Below are positions 43,214 to 55,549 of a stretch of DNA of 64,000 nucleotides, one piece after another. Each line of letters starts with the position of its first letter. Position 1 is the first letter of the stretch. A program made the translations under genes and the position numbers. Origin of the DNA: an uncultured bacterium (lineage in GTDB: Bacteria > Krumholzibacteriota > Krumholzibacteriia > LZORAL124-64-63); contig CAVSZB010000003.1 in the NCBI GenBank assembly GCA_963732385.1, positions 224,001 through 288,000 of the forward strand. Direction: 5' to 3'. The notes beneath the pieces are model-generated. The model was not told where the DNA came from, did no database searches, and saw only the letters and a program-made list of their open reading frames with translations.

Positions 43214-45262
43214 GTGCGATATCTCACGCCTCTCGCTCTCCTCGCCCTCGCCCCGCTGCTCTGCCTGCTTTGCGACACGCCGTCGGCCGCGGCGTTCACG
43301 CACTCGCCGCAGGATCTGCTGCCGGCGCCGTTCCATCTCGAACTGGGGAACAGTGCGCTGACGCTGGGCAGGAACCTGGACGTCAACCGCGAGGGGGGCG
43401 GCGCGAAGGATCCGCTGGTCGTCGCGGCGGCGGAGCGGCTCGCCGCCCGCATCGCTGCGCGCACCGGATCGCGGGAGTCGCTGCGGGGATCGACGAAGGT
43501 CGTCATCAGCTGCGCGGCGCGGGCGGACGCGGTTCAGCAGGCGATCGAGGATGAGAGCTATTCGCTGGTCGTCACGTCCGATGGCGCGCGGTTGACGGCG
43601 GCGACGCCGTACGGGGTGGCGCGGGGGATCGAGACGCTGGCGCAGCTCGTTGTTCCGGCTGCGGCGGGGTGGGAGATCCCGGCGGTCATGATCGAAGACA
43701 CGCCGCGGTTTCCGTGGCGGGGGCTGCTGCTCGATGTCTGCCGGCACTTCATGCCGGTCGCGGACGTGCTGCGCACTCTCGAGGGGATGGCGGCGGCGAA
43801 GTTGAACGTGCTGCACTGGCATCTGTCGGAGGACCAGGGGTTCAGGGTCGAAAGCCGGGTGTACCCGAAGTTGCATGAGCTGGGGTCGGATGGGCTGTTC
43901 TACACGCAGGACGACGTGCGGCGGGTCGTGGCGTATGCGCGGGAGCGGGGGATCCGGGTCGTGCCGGAGTTCGACGTGCCGGGGCACAGTACGGCGTGGG
44001 TCGTGGGGTATCCGGAGTTGGCGGCGCTGCCTGGGGTGTATGCGATCGAACGGCGGTGGGGGGTATTCGATCCCTGTCTCGATCCGACGCGCGAGGGGAC
44101 CTACCAGTTCCTCGACCGGTTCTTTGGCGAGATGGCCGGGCTGTTCCCCGATCCGTTCCTGCATGTCGGGGGGGACGAGGTGAACGGGGCGCAGTGGGAC
44201 GCGAGTCCGCAGGTGGCGGCGTTCAAGGTGGAGCATGGGCTGGCGGACAACGCGGCACTGCAGGCTTACTTCAACACGCGGCTGCTGGGCATCCTCAAGG
44301 GGCACGGCAGGACGATGATCGGGTGGGACGAGGTTCTGCAGCCGGGCCTGCCGCGCGAGACGCTGATCCAGTCGTGGCGCGGGCCGGAGTCTCTGGCGAA
44401 GGCGGCGGTCGGCGGACGAAGCGGCATCCTGTCGGCGGGGTGGTACCTCGATCTCATGCTGTCGGCGGAGATCCACTACGCGGTCGATCCACTCGGGGGG
44501 GAGGCGGCGCTGCTGCCGCCGCGCAGCGCGGCGAACGTCCTCGGGGGCGAGGCGTGCATGTGGGCGGAGTTCGTCACGCCGGAGATGCTCGACGGGCGGG
44601 TCTGGCCGCGCGCGGCGGCGATCGCGGAGCGGCTCTGGTCGCCGGCGATCGTGCGCGACGCGCCGGACATGTATCGGCGGCTGGAGTTGTTCGGCGACCA
44701 TCTCGAAGCGATCGGGCTGCGGCACCGCAGCGGGCCGCGGCTGATGCTCGAGCGGCTGGCGGGGGGACAGCCGGCGGAGGCGCTGGTCCGGTTCGCGGCG
44801 CTGCTCGAGCCGGTGAAGAACTACCAGCGCTCCGGATCCGGCGCCTACACGCAGCTCACGCCGCTGGATCGTCTGGTCGATGCCGTGCCGCCCGAGAGCG
44901 ATGCGGCGCGGGTTTTCGGCCGCGATGTGGACGCTTTGCTCGCGGACCCGGAGCGCGCGTCCGGCTGCGCGTCGATCGCGACCCGTCTGCAGGGGTGGCG
45001 ACGGCTGCACGACGAACTGACGCCGGTGCTCGCGGCCTCGGCGCCGCTGCGCGAGGCGGAGCCGCTGGTCGACGACCTGTCCAACCTCAGCGAACTCGGC
45101 CTGCGGGCGCTCGCCGCCCTGGCCAGCGAGGACACGCTGCAGCTCGGCTTCGGCGACGGGCCGCTGCTGGCCCGCGCGCCGTCGCCCCGCGCCGAACTGC
45201 TCCTGATGGTAGCGCCGCACGTGGCGCGGCTGGTGGCGGGGGCGACGGGGGGGAGGCCCTGA
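43214..45262 (+). CDS. Beta-N-acetylhexosaminidase (GH20)
   Basis: PRFPWRGLLLD..RHF, NVLHWHL, PEFDVPGH, HVGGDE, LGGEACMWAE. Confidence 0.93.
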   Translation: MRYLTPLALLALAPLLCLLCDTPSAAAFTHSPQDLLPAPFHLELGNSALTLGRNLDVNREGGGAKDPLVVAAAERLAARIAARTGSRESLRGSTKVVISCAARADAVQQAIEDESYSLVVTSDGARLTAATPYGVARGIETLAQLVVPAAAGWEIPAVMIEDTPRFPWRGLLLDVCRHFMPVADVLRTLEGMAAAKLNVLHWHLSEDQGFRVESRVYPKLHELGSDGLFYTQDDVRRVVAYARERGIRVVPEFDVPGHSTAWVVGYPELAALPGVYAIERRWGVFDPCLDPTREGTYQFLDRFFGEMAGLFPDPFLHVGGDEVNGAQWDASPQVAAFKVEHGLADNAALQAYFNTRLLGILKGHGRTMIGWDEVLQPGLPRETLIQSWRGPESLAKAAVGGRSGILSAGWYLDLMLSAEIHYAVDPLGGEAALLPPRSAANVLGGEACMWAEFVTPEMLDGRVWPRAAAIAERLWSPAIVRDAPDMYRRLELFGDHLEAIGLRHRSGPRLMLERLAGGQPAEALVRFAALLEPVKNYQRSGSGAYTQLTPLDRLVDAVPPESDAARVFGRDVDALLADPERASGCASIATRLQGWRRLHDELTPVLAASAPLREAEPLVDDLSNLSELGLRALAALASEDTLQLGFGDGPLLARAPSPRAELLLMVAPHVARLVAGATGGRP

Positions 45263-45306
45263 GGGCCGGTCGGACGCCTGCGCGGCCTGCGCGACCCGAC
45301 TCGGCG

Positions 45307-45449
45307 TTGCGGGGCCGGGGGCGCGGTTTGGAGTGCATCCGTACAGAGACTGCTACGCGTGCAACGAGTTTGCGGGGCCGGGGGCGCGGTTTGGAGTGCA
45401 TCCGTACAGAGACTGCTACGCGTGCAACGAGTTTGCGGGGCCGGGGGCG
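45307..45449 (+). repeat. Tandem 63-bp unit (~2.3 identical copies) containing arm B of the dispersed repeat
   Basis: ttgcggggccgggggcgcggtttggagtgcatccgtacagagactgctacgcgtgcaacgagt at 45307 and 45370, partial at 45433. Confidence 0.92.
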
Positions 45450-45502
45450 GTTGGCCGCCCCCTCGCGACCTGCGCACTTTTTGCACGCGTAGCAATCGCT
45501 GT
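45406..45502. repeat. Dispersed hairpin repeat family, full 97-bp copy (reverse orientation)
   Basis: acagagactgctacgcgtgcaacgagtttgcggg - 30 nt - ctgcgcactttttgcacgcgtagcaatcgctgt; partial arm at 45538-45558. Confidence 0.88.
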
Positions 45503-45591
45503 CAGTAAGGGCCCCGGGGCCGCTGTCGATGCCGCACGACCTGCGCACTTGTTGCTACCACCGCATCCTCCAGAAGGGGCGTCCGGCCCGC

Positions 45592-46374
45592 CTAGCGCCC
45601 GTCGAGCGGGAGGAGCTCGAAACGCCGGTCGGGGTAGGCGATCCGGAGGCCTTCGTCCGCGGGGGCGAGGCCGCAGGCGGTCGAGTCCGATAACGTGAGG
45701 TAGCGGGTGACGCCACCGTCGTCGGCGAAACCCTGGACCACCGCGTCGCCGGCCACGTTGCGGCCGAGGGCCCACATCCAGCCGTCGTGCCAGGCGATGG
45801 CGAAGACGCCGGTGTCGGGGTCGAAGGTGTCCAAGATGCGGGCGGGGAGCGGGTTGGAGGCGCCGGCGAAGTCGGGGCCGTGGTGACGGGCCGTGTAGTT
45901 GGCGGTGCCGGGCTCGTGATAGAGCGTGACGAACGAGTCGAGGTCGGCGCGGTAGGCGAGGCCGCAGGCCAGATGCTGGCCGTCGGCGTAGGAATCGTCG
46001 CGGGTCCAGGCGATTTCGCCGACGGGGGTGGCCTTGAAGAGCAGGCCGGAGTCGCGGGCCTGCAGGTAGATGGCGGCGTGGTCGGCGGTGGCGGCGAGGT
46101 AACCGACGCCGTTGAGGCCGAGATCGAAGCGTCCTTCGGGGAAGCCGTCGCTGGAGAACTTGAACAGGTCGACCTGGCTGCCGGCGTGACCGGACCAGTC
46201 CTCGTTCGTCGTGAACAGGTAGCCGCCGAGGGTCGCGATGTCGGCGATCGGATCGCTGAGAGTGTCCCGCTCGGTGTTAAGGACGAGGTCGTCATCGCAG
46301 CCGGACAGGACCAGACCAAGGGTGAGGGCGAGGGCGAGGGCGAGGGCGGGAGTGAGGAGCAGGCGTCGAATCAT
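45592..46374 (-). CDS. Putative lipoprotein (beta-propeller-like)
   Basis: LGLVLSGC lipobox; RBS aggagg. Confidence 0.7.
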   Translation of the reverse strand: MIRRLLLTPALALALALTLGLVLSGCDDDLVLNTERDTLSDPIADIATLGGYLFTTNEDWSGHAGSQVDLFKFSSDGFPEGRFDLGLNGVGYLAATADHAAIYLQARDSGLLFKATPVGEIAWTRDDSYADGQHLACGLAYRADLDSFVTLYHEPGTANYTARHHGPDFAGASNPLPARILDTFDPDTGVFAIAWHDGWMWALGRNVAGDAVVQGFADDGGVTRYLTLSDSTACGLAPADEGLRIAYPDRRFELLPLDGR

Positions 46375-46466
46375 GGCGAACCTCCTAGTTCATCATCATT
46401 CAACGCCCACTCCGGGGGCGCGTCAAGAGACACTGGAGGGCAGGCCGCAGGGCCCGGAGGTGTCGC

Positions 46467-47066
46467 CTACATCCGCTTGTAGGTGATCTCCATCGATTTG
46501 GCCTCTTTGCCGCCCTTGGTTTCGAACATCTCGTAGCGAATCGTGTTGTCGTCGATCCAGGTGGTGACCGAGCGGACCGGCGAATCCTTGCCGAGTTGCG
46601 GGTTGAACATCAGGCCCATCATCACCGTCGTCCTGCCGTCCGGCGACCTGGTCCCGCGCATGTCTATGAAGCCGGTGCCCATGTTGTCGAACCAGAGGCT
46701 GAAGTACTCCTTCTTGTAGCGGTCGTAGCCGTCGATGCTCATCCCCTCGAACGGCATGCCCATCATCACGGTCTTGTAGGTCCCCTGGAGGTAGCGGCCG
46801 CCCATCACCGAGACGTATTCCATGGCGCCGGTCATCTCCGTCGGGGGGGCGGCGGGGTCCATCCACATCTTGTTCACGGAAGACCACTTCCCAGCCAGCC
46901 TGGTGAGCTGCTGGTGCTCGGGGCCGGGCTGCATCATGGCCATCATCTGTTCCATGGCGGCCTGGTCGGGGCCGCCGGCCGGCTTGTCGGTCTGGGCGAG
47001 AGCGGGCGCGGCCGTCAGCAGGGCGGCGACGGCCATCATCAGGACAAAAGCGCGTGCGGTGCGCAT
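46467..47066 (-). CDS. DUF1579 family secreted protein
   Basis: PGPEHQQL..LAGKW, MGGRYL, PFEG...GYD, W.DNMGTG, MEITYKR. Confidence 0.85.
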   Translation of the reverse strand: MRTARAFVLMMAVAALLTAAPALAQTDKPAGGPDQAAMEQMMAMMQPGPEHQQLTRLAGKWSSVNKMWMDPAAPPTEMTGAMEYVSVMGGRYLQGTYKTVMMGMPFEGMSIDGYDRYKKEYFSLWFDNMGTGFIDMRGTRSPDGRTTVMMGLMFNPQLGKDSPVRSVTTWIDDNTIRYEMFETKGGKEAKSMEITYKRM

Positions 47067-47250
47067 GAGCGGGCTCCTTTCGCGGGAATTCCCGGCAGCG
47101 AGGCATGGGCGAGGCGCAGGCAGGTACGTCGGCCCGCGCTGCGGTTTGCCCGCACAATCTAGGAGCGGAAGGTCGCCACCGGCAACCGGCGGGGCGGCCG
47201 ACCGGCAGTTTGGCCGTGAACGTGCTCGCGGTGCGCGGACTGCGGGCGAC

Positions 47251-48096
47251 CTACACGTTGTCCTGGGTCGCGATCCACTCGCTCCACGAGCCGGGGTAGA
47301 GGCGGGCGCCGCGGATGCCGGCCAGTTCGAGCGCCAGCAGGTCGTGGCAGGCGGTCACGCCGGAGCCGCAGTAGCAGACGACGCGCGGGCCGTCGTCGGG
47401 GCCGAGGCCGAGCCGGGCGAAGCCCGCGCGCAGCTCTTCCGTTGAGCGGAATATCGGCGCGGTGTCGGCGGTGAGGTTGTTTGTGAACGGCGCGTTGACG
47501 GCGCCGGGGATGTGGCCGGCGCGCGCGTCGATCGGCTCGACCTCGCCGCGGTACCGCTCAGGGGCCCGGGCGTCGAGCAGGACGAGTCGGGGCGCTTCCG
47601 CCCGCGCCACCTCGTCGCGCTGAACGGTGAGCTCGTCGCACACGCGCGGCGCGAGCGGCCGCGGATGTGGCGCCCGGTCCGGTGTCGGCCCGCTCTCGAC
47701 CGCGTGTCCCTCGGCGAACCACTTCGCGATCCCGCCGTCGAGCACGACGCAGGCGCCCTGCTGTCCGAGCCAGCGCAGCAGCCACCACAGTCGCACCGCC
47801 ACCGCGCCGGCAGCGTCGTCGTACGCCACGACGCGCGTTCCCTCGCCGATGCCGGCGCGGGCGAGCGCCGCCACGAGGTGGCGCGGGTCGGGCAGGGGGT
47901 GGCGACCGCGCGACGGATCGCTCAGATCGGAGAGGTCGGTGTCGAGGTCGAGACGCACGGAGCCCGGAACCCGCCCTGCCTCGAATACCTCGCGGCCGAA
48001 GTCCGACTGCCCGTGCTGCCAGCGGATGTCGGCCACGACGAGGTTCTCATCGCCGAGATGCGCGGCGAGCCAGGCGGTATCGACAAGGTCGCGCAT
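47251..48096 (-). CDS. sseA: Sulfurtransferase (tandem rhodanese, SseA-like)
   Basis: GRHPLP, LDGG, DARAPERYRG, GHIPGA, YCGSGVTAC, LYPGSWSEW. Confidence 0.92.
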   Translation of the reverse strand: MRDLVDTAWLAAHLGDENLVVADIRWQHGQSDFGREVFEAGRVPGSVRLDLDTDLSDLSDPSRGRHPLPDPRHLVAALARAGIGEGTRVVAYDDAAGAVAVRLWWLLRWLGQQGACVVLDGGIAKWFAEGHAVESGPTPDRAPHPRPLAPRVCDELTVQRDEVARAEAPRLVLLDARAPERYRGEVEPIDARAGHIPGAVNAPFTNNLTADTAPIFRSTEELRAGFARLGLGPDDGPRVVCYCGSGVTACHDLLALELAGIRGARLYPGSWSEWIATQDNV

Positions 48097-48102
48097 GGAA
48101 TA

Positions 48103-48603
48103 TTACTCCACCTTCGTGTACTTCTCGTGCGCCGCGCCGCAGACCGGGCAGCGCTCGGGCGCCTCGCCGCGGACGGTGTGCCCGCAGACGGGGCAGATCA
48201 ACATGTCGCCGGCGGTCGTGTCCTTGCCGGCGAGGAACGCGGACAGCGCCTCCGCATACAGATCGTGGTGGATCTTCTCCACCGCCAGCGCGTAGCGGAA
48301 CGACAGCACCGCGCCCTTCTCGCCCGCCGCCTCGGCTTCGGCGAGAAACTCCGGGTACATGGTCTGGAACTCGTGCGCCTCGCCGGCGATCGCCGCCTTG
48401 AGGTTGTCTTCGGTGGTCTTGACGCCGCCGAGCACGCGGAAGTGCGCGTGTGCGTGCACCGTCTCCGCCGCGGCGGCGGCCCGGAACAGGCGCGCCGTGT
48501 TGGGGAAACCGTCCTGGTCGGCCTTCTTCGCGAAGGCGAGGTACATCCGGTTGGCCTGGCTCTCGCCGGCGAAGGCGGCCTGCAGATTCTCGCGGGTGGG
48601 CAT
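48103..48603 (-). CDS. rbr: Rubrerythrin
   Basis: NLQAAFAGESQANRMY, ETVHA, GEAHE, EKIH, CPVCG..CPVCG. Confidence 0.93.
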   Translation of the reverse strand: MPTRENLQAAFAGESQANRMYLAFAKKADQDGFPNTARLFRAAAAAETVHAHAHFRVLGGVKTTEDNLKAAIAGEAHEFQTMYPEFLAEAEAAGEKGAVLSFRYALAVEKIHHDLYAEALSAFLAGKDTTAGDMLICPVCGHTVRGEAPERCPVCGAAHEKYTKVE

Positions 48604-48853
48604 CTCTTGCTCCGATCGTGGGGCGGAAGGGGACGGCTGACGGCGCGCTCGCGCGCCTGGCGCCAATGTCGCACCCGGGGGGATGGAGTGTCAAAGGAAT
48701 GGGCCGTACTGCAGACGCCCGTGCGATGAAAGGCGGCGATCCGCGCCCCGGACGGCGTAACGGGATGTCGTCTCCGCGATATCTGCTTTTCCTTTCCGTC
48801 CGGCGCCGGGACCTGTAGCATCGGTGGCACAGGTTCCATCCGGGGAGGCGTTC

Positions 48854-50398
48854 ATGAGCAGAATGATGCTGGCGATCGTGGCGCTCGTCGCGTGCGCCGT
48901 GGCGGCCGGTCCGGCCGCGGCACTCGACCGCGCCGCGTACGACGAACTGGCGAGGCAGATGGATGAAGCCCGGCGGTCCGAGGTCGACGTATATGCGCCG
49001 AACGCGTGGGCGAAAGCCGAGGAGGCCCTGGCCAGGGCCGAGAAGGCTCTGGCGGCCGAGCGCAAGCAGGAGCAGCTGGACAAGCAGGTGGCCGAGGCGC
49101 GGGAGTTCGTCGAGAACGCGCGCAAGGCAGGCGAGGTCTGCCGACTCGCGCTGCAGCAGCACCTGCCCCCCCGCGCGCGCGCGCAGGCGGCGCACGCCGC
49201 GGAGCTGGCGGCGGCGGCCTGGGCGCCGGCGCAGGAGCGCTTCCTCAAGGCCACCGCGAAGATCGAGTCGGGCGACGTGAAGGGCGGCCTGGCCGAGGCC
49301 ACCGCTGCGGCGCCGCTCTTCGAACGCGCCGAACTGGAGGCGATCCGCGTCGCGATCCTCGGCGAGGCCGACCGGCTCATAGTCCGGGCCGAGACCGATG
49401 AAGCGGGCAAGTACGCGCTCGCCACGCTTGATCGGGCCCGCACCGCGCGCCGCGAGGCTGACGCGATCCTGCTCGCCGATCGCACGAAGCACGACGACGC
49501 CGCGCGCACGGCCGCCGAGGCGGAGTACGAGGCGCGTCATGCCTCGACGATCGCGCAGTCGGTCCGCTCTCTCGCCCGCAACGACCAGGCGTGGGAGAAG
49601 CTGATGCTGCTTTATGAAATCCAGATGGACCACGCAGGCGCGGCGCTCGGTCTCCCCCGCCTGCCATTCGACGACGGCCCGCAGGCCGCGGCAGACACGC
49701 TCACCGCGCGCATTCAGGGCCTGCGCGCCGAGGCCGGACGCCTCGCGACCGAGCGCGAGGCGGTCGCGATCGCGCTGCGCAGCACGGCCGCCCGTGTGGG
49801 CGCGGCCGGCAATGGCGACGATGGCGCCTCGCTGGTCCGCGCCATCGACGAACGTTTCGACGCCCTGTTCGCCGAGAAGCGCGAGCTCGCCACCAGGATC
49901 GAGAGCGGTCAGGCCCATCTGGCCGAGCTGTCTCAGGAGCACGCCGCCGTCGCGAGCCAGCTCTCGGCCCGGAAGGAGATGGAGGAGAAATTCCGCCAGG
50001 CCAAGGCGTTGATCACCCCCGCCGACGGCGAGGTCCTCTACAACGCCGCGGGCGACGTGATCCTGCGCCTGAGCGGCCTGGCGTTCGAGAGCGGCAAGAG
50101 CGACCTGCGCGACGTCCACATGCCGCTGCTCGCGAAGGCGAAGACAATCCTCGGCCTCTATCCTGACGCGCGCGTCGTGGTCGAGGGCCACACCGACGTG
50201 GCCGGCGACCCGGTCGCGAACCAGCGTCTGTCGGAGCGGCGCGCCCTGGCCGTCATGCAGTCCCTGCGGGCCAGCCTCGAGATCCCGGCCGAGCGGATCC
50301 AGGCCATCGGCTTCGGCGCCGAGCGGCCCGTGGCTTCGAACCAGACGGCCGAAGGGAAGGCGAAGAACCGGCGGATCGACATCGTGATCATGCGGTGA
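48854..50398 (+). CDS. Coiled-coil protein with a C-terminal OmpA/MotB peptidoglycan-binding domain
   Basis: Signal peptide; VEGHTD, NQRLSERRA, GFGAERPVASN, NRRIDI. Confidence 0.88.
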   Translation: MSRMMLAIVALVACAVAAGPAAALDRAAYDELARQMDEARRSEVDVYAPNAWAKAEEALARAEKALAAERKQEQLDKQVAEAREFVENARKAGEVCRLALQQHLPPRARAQAAHAAELAAAAWAPAQERFLKATAKIESGDVKGGLAEATAAAPLFERAELEAIRVAILGEADRLIVRAETDEAGKYALATLDRARTARREADAILLADRTKHDDAARTAAEAEYEARHASTIAQSVRSLARNDQAWEKLMLLYEIQMDHAGAALGLPRLPFDDGPQAAADTLTARIQGLRAEAGRLATEREAVAIALRSTAARVGAAGNGDDGASLVRAIDERFDALFAEKRELATRIESGQAHLAELSQEHAAVASQLSARKEMEEKFRQAKALITPADGEVLYNAAGDVILRLSGLAFESGKSDLRDVHMPLLAKAKTILGLYPDARVVVEGHTDVAGDPVANQRLSERRALAVMQSLRASLEIPAERIQAIGFGAERPVASNQTAEGKAKNRRIDIVIMR

Positions 50399-50465
50399 AA
50401 GGAGCGGACCCCCGGACTGTCTCCGCGTGAATTGCCCGGTGGGCGCCCGACGTGATGCGCGAGGC

Positions 50466-51635
50466 CTACGGCTTCCGCTCCCGCGGCCCCGCGAACAGAT
50501 CCAGCCGCACCAGCCGGCACTCGATCCCGCCGTTCCACAGCGGGATGCGGCGCGTGGGCCGCAACCCCAGCTTGCCGACCAGTTTGGTGTCGCCGCAAAG
50601 GATCCAGGCGGTGGTGCCGGGGCAGTTGCGCTTGAGGGCATCGCCGAGCGCTTTGTACAGCAGGTCGACCTCGTGCTGGCGGCCGATCCGCACGCCGTAG
50701 GGGGGATTGGTCAGGACGGTGGCGCCGGGCGGCAGCGCCAGCTCGCGGGCATCGGCGGTGCGCAGGCGGATCGCGACGCCGGCCGGGAGGCGGTCGAGGT
50801 TGGCGCGGGCGGTGGCGAGCGCGGCGGGGTCGAGGTCGGCGCCGGTGACCAGGCCGCCCGGCAGCCGGCGGCTGCGGGCCTTGGCCTCGCGCTTCACGTC
50901 CGCCCATGCCCGGGCGTCGAAGTCGGGCAGCACGGCCCACGGCGGCGTCGGCTCGGCGCGGAGCCAGCCGGGGGGGATGCGCGAGGCGGCCAGCCACGCC
51001 TCGGCCAGCAGCGTGCCGGAGCCGCACATCGGGTCGTGCAGCTTGTCTTCGCCGTCCCAGCCGCTCAGGCGGACGATCGCGGCGGCGAGGGTCTCCTGCA
51101 GCGGGGCGTCGCCGCCGGCGATGCGGTAGCCGCGGCGGTGGAGGGCGCCGCCGCCGATGTCGATGCTGATCACGGCGCGGTCGTTGCGCAGGTGCAGGTT
51201 CAACTGCAGTTGCGGCGTCCGTCGGTCCACGTTCGGGCGATCGCCCGCCGTCTCCCGGAAATGATCGACAATGGCGTCCTTCAGGCGCTGGGCCGCGAAC
51301 TGCGAGTGGTCGATCTGGCTTTGCGACACCGTGGCGTCGACGGCGAACGTCGTGGCCGGGGTGAGCAGGGCGTTCCAGTCGAGCTTGCGCGCGGTCGTGT
51401 AGAGATAGCGGTCGCTGTGGCAGTCGAACGTGATCAGCGGCGCCAGCACGCGGGCGGCCAGGCGCGAGCCGTAGGCGACGCGGTAGAGGGTGGCGGCGTC
51501 GGCCAGGAAACCGACGCCGTGGTGGCCGGGGTTCTCCGGCTCGGCGCCAAGTTCCCGCAGCTCGTCGGCCAGCAGGGCTTCCAGCCCGTGGGCGCACTGG
51601 GCGAAGTAGCGGCGATGGTTCTGATACTCGAACAT
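50466..51635 (-). CDS. rlmL: THUMP-domain rRNA methyltransferase (RlmL-like)
   Basis: GLEALLADEL, LHRRGYR, APLQETLAAA, DPMCGSGT, NPPYG. Confidence 0.88.
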   Translation of the reverse strand: MFEYQNHRRYFAQCAHGLEALLADELRELGAEPENPGHHGVGFLADAATLYRVAYGSRLAARVLAPLITFDCHSDRYLYTTARKLDWNALLTPATTFAVDATVSQSQIDHSQFAAQRLKDAIVDHFRETAGDRPNVDRRTPQLQLNLHLRNDRAVISIDIGGGALHRRGYRIAGGDAPLQETLAAAIVRLSGWDGEDKLHDPMCGSGTLLAEAWLAASRIPPGWLRAEPTPPWAVLPDFDARAWADVKREAKARSRRLPGGLVTGADLDPAALATARANLDRLPAGVAIRLRTADARELALPPGATVLTNPPYGVRIGRQHEVDLLYKALGDALKRNCPGTTAWILCGDTKLVGKLGLRPTRRIPLWNGGIECRLVRLDLFAGPRERKP

Positions 51636-52032
51636 GGGGGGATAATGCGGGTTGAGAAGCGCGGACGCCAGGGGATCGCTCAAACCGCCACGGATCGGGT
51701 CGCGGATTCGCATTCCACGGCGGGCCGCCGCCGCCGCCGGAACCGGGCGCCGGGCGGCCGCTTCCGACAATCCATTGTCGGGTGCCTCTTTAAGGCCTCC
51801 GGCGGGCGGGACAGGACGAAACGGCCCCGCAATTGCTTGTCGCAGGGGATCGCGGCTGGGAGGTCCCTGACGCGACAGGGCCTTCCCGCCGCCCTGCCGC
51901 CGCCTGGTCGACCGGAGGTTCCGTCATGGCCTTCCGCCTGCCCGGCCGCCCGATCCTCGCCCTGACCTTCCTCGCCCCTGTCGTTCTGTCCGCGGCGCGG
52001 CTGCGGCTGGATTGCGGGATCCGGGCGACGGC

Positions 52033-53443
<1,411 letters not shown>

Positions 53444-53746
53444 TGTCGGCACCTCATTCCATTGTTCCACTGACTGCGCGACGCGCGACCGGTCGCCAGG
53501 CCATCGAGCACGCAATTGTAGTCGCGGGGGGGTGTTCCGGCAATGGATCGTCCGCGCCAGGAAGGCGGACAGCAGAAGACTGCTGAGGCGGGGGCGAGGT
53601 CCCGTCCCAGCAGTCCCGGCATTTCGGGTCCCACTGTTGGTGGTCCGACTACCGGACTCTGCTTCGGTTCTCTCTGCGGATGCGCCCTCCCGCCGTCCAG
53701 ATGCGGGCCCCAGGTGTGGCGGGAGGATGCGCTCCGCCGCGCCCCG

Positions 53747-53980
53747 CTAGCTCACGTTGACGTACCGATCCTTCGAAGTGAGGCACGAGGCACACTTTTC
53801 GAAGTTGAGATTCGTCGTGGTGTAGCCGCAGACAGCGCTAACATAAAAGTCGCGGGCGGCCTTGAAGCTCCGCAGCGCGTCCTTGTCGCCCTCGGCGGCG
53901 CGTGCCGACGGCACGGACGAGCCGATCAGCAGCGCCAGCGCGAACCCGGCGACGAGGGCGGTATGCAGAGTCTTCGTCAT
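53747..53980 (-). CDS. Small secreted hypothetical protein (77 aa, 3 Cys)
   Basis: RBS aaggag; signal peptide ending ARA. Confidence 0.5.
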   Translation of the reverse strand: MTKTLHTALVAGFALALLIGSSVPSARAAEGDKDALRSFKAARDFYVSAVCGYTTTNLNFEKCASCLTSKDRYVNVS

Positions 53981-54030
53981 GTTCCGCTCCTTGAGTTCGG
54001 GGGTTGCGGTGGCTTGACAGCAGGTCCCTA

Positions 54031-54046
54031 CGCAGTCGCCGTGCCA
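54031..54046 (-). promoter_or_regulatory. Putative sigma54 (-24/-12) promoter
   Basis: Minus strand TGGCAC-GGCGA-CTGCG, with an AT-rich tract and GTTC-N8-GAAC (54120-54135) upstream. Confidence 0.55.
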
Positions 54047-54168
54047 GACCGGCAAATTCTCTAATGTGTTGCTATTGATAGTTTTATCTGAATAGTGGTC
54101 GGCGGGATGTCGCGCGAACGTTCAAGAATTCGAACAATGACGATGATAATCATCTCATTATTTGAACG

Positions 54169-55545
<1,377 letters not shown>

Positions 55546-55549
55546 CGGC

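Noticed and set aside
45307..45449. CRISPR-like array
   Set aside because: The units are fully identical with no unique spacers, and there are no cas genes
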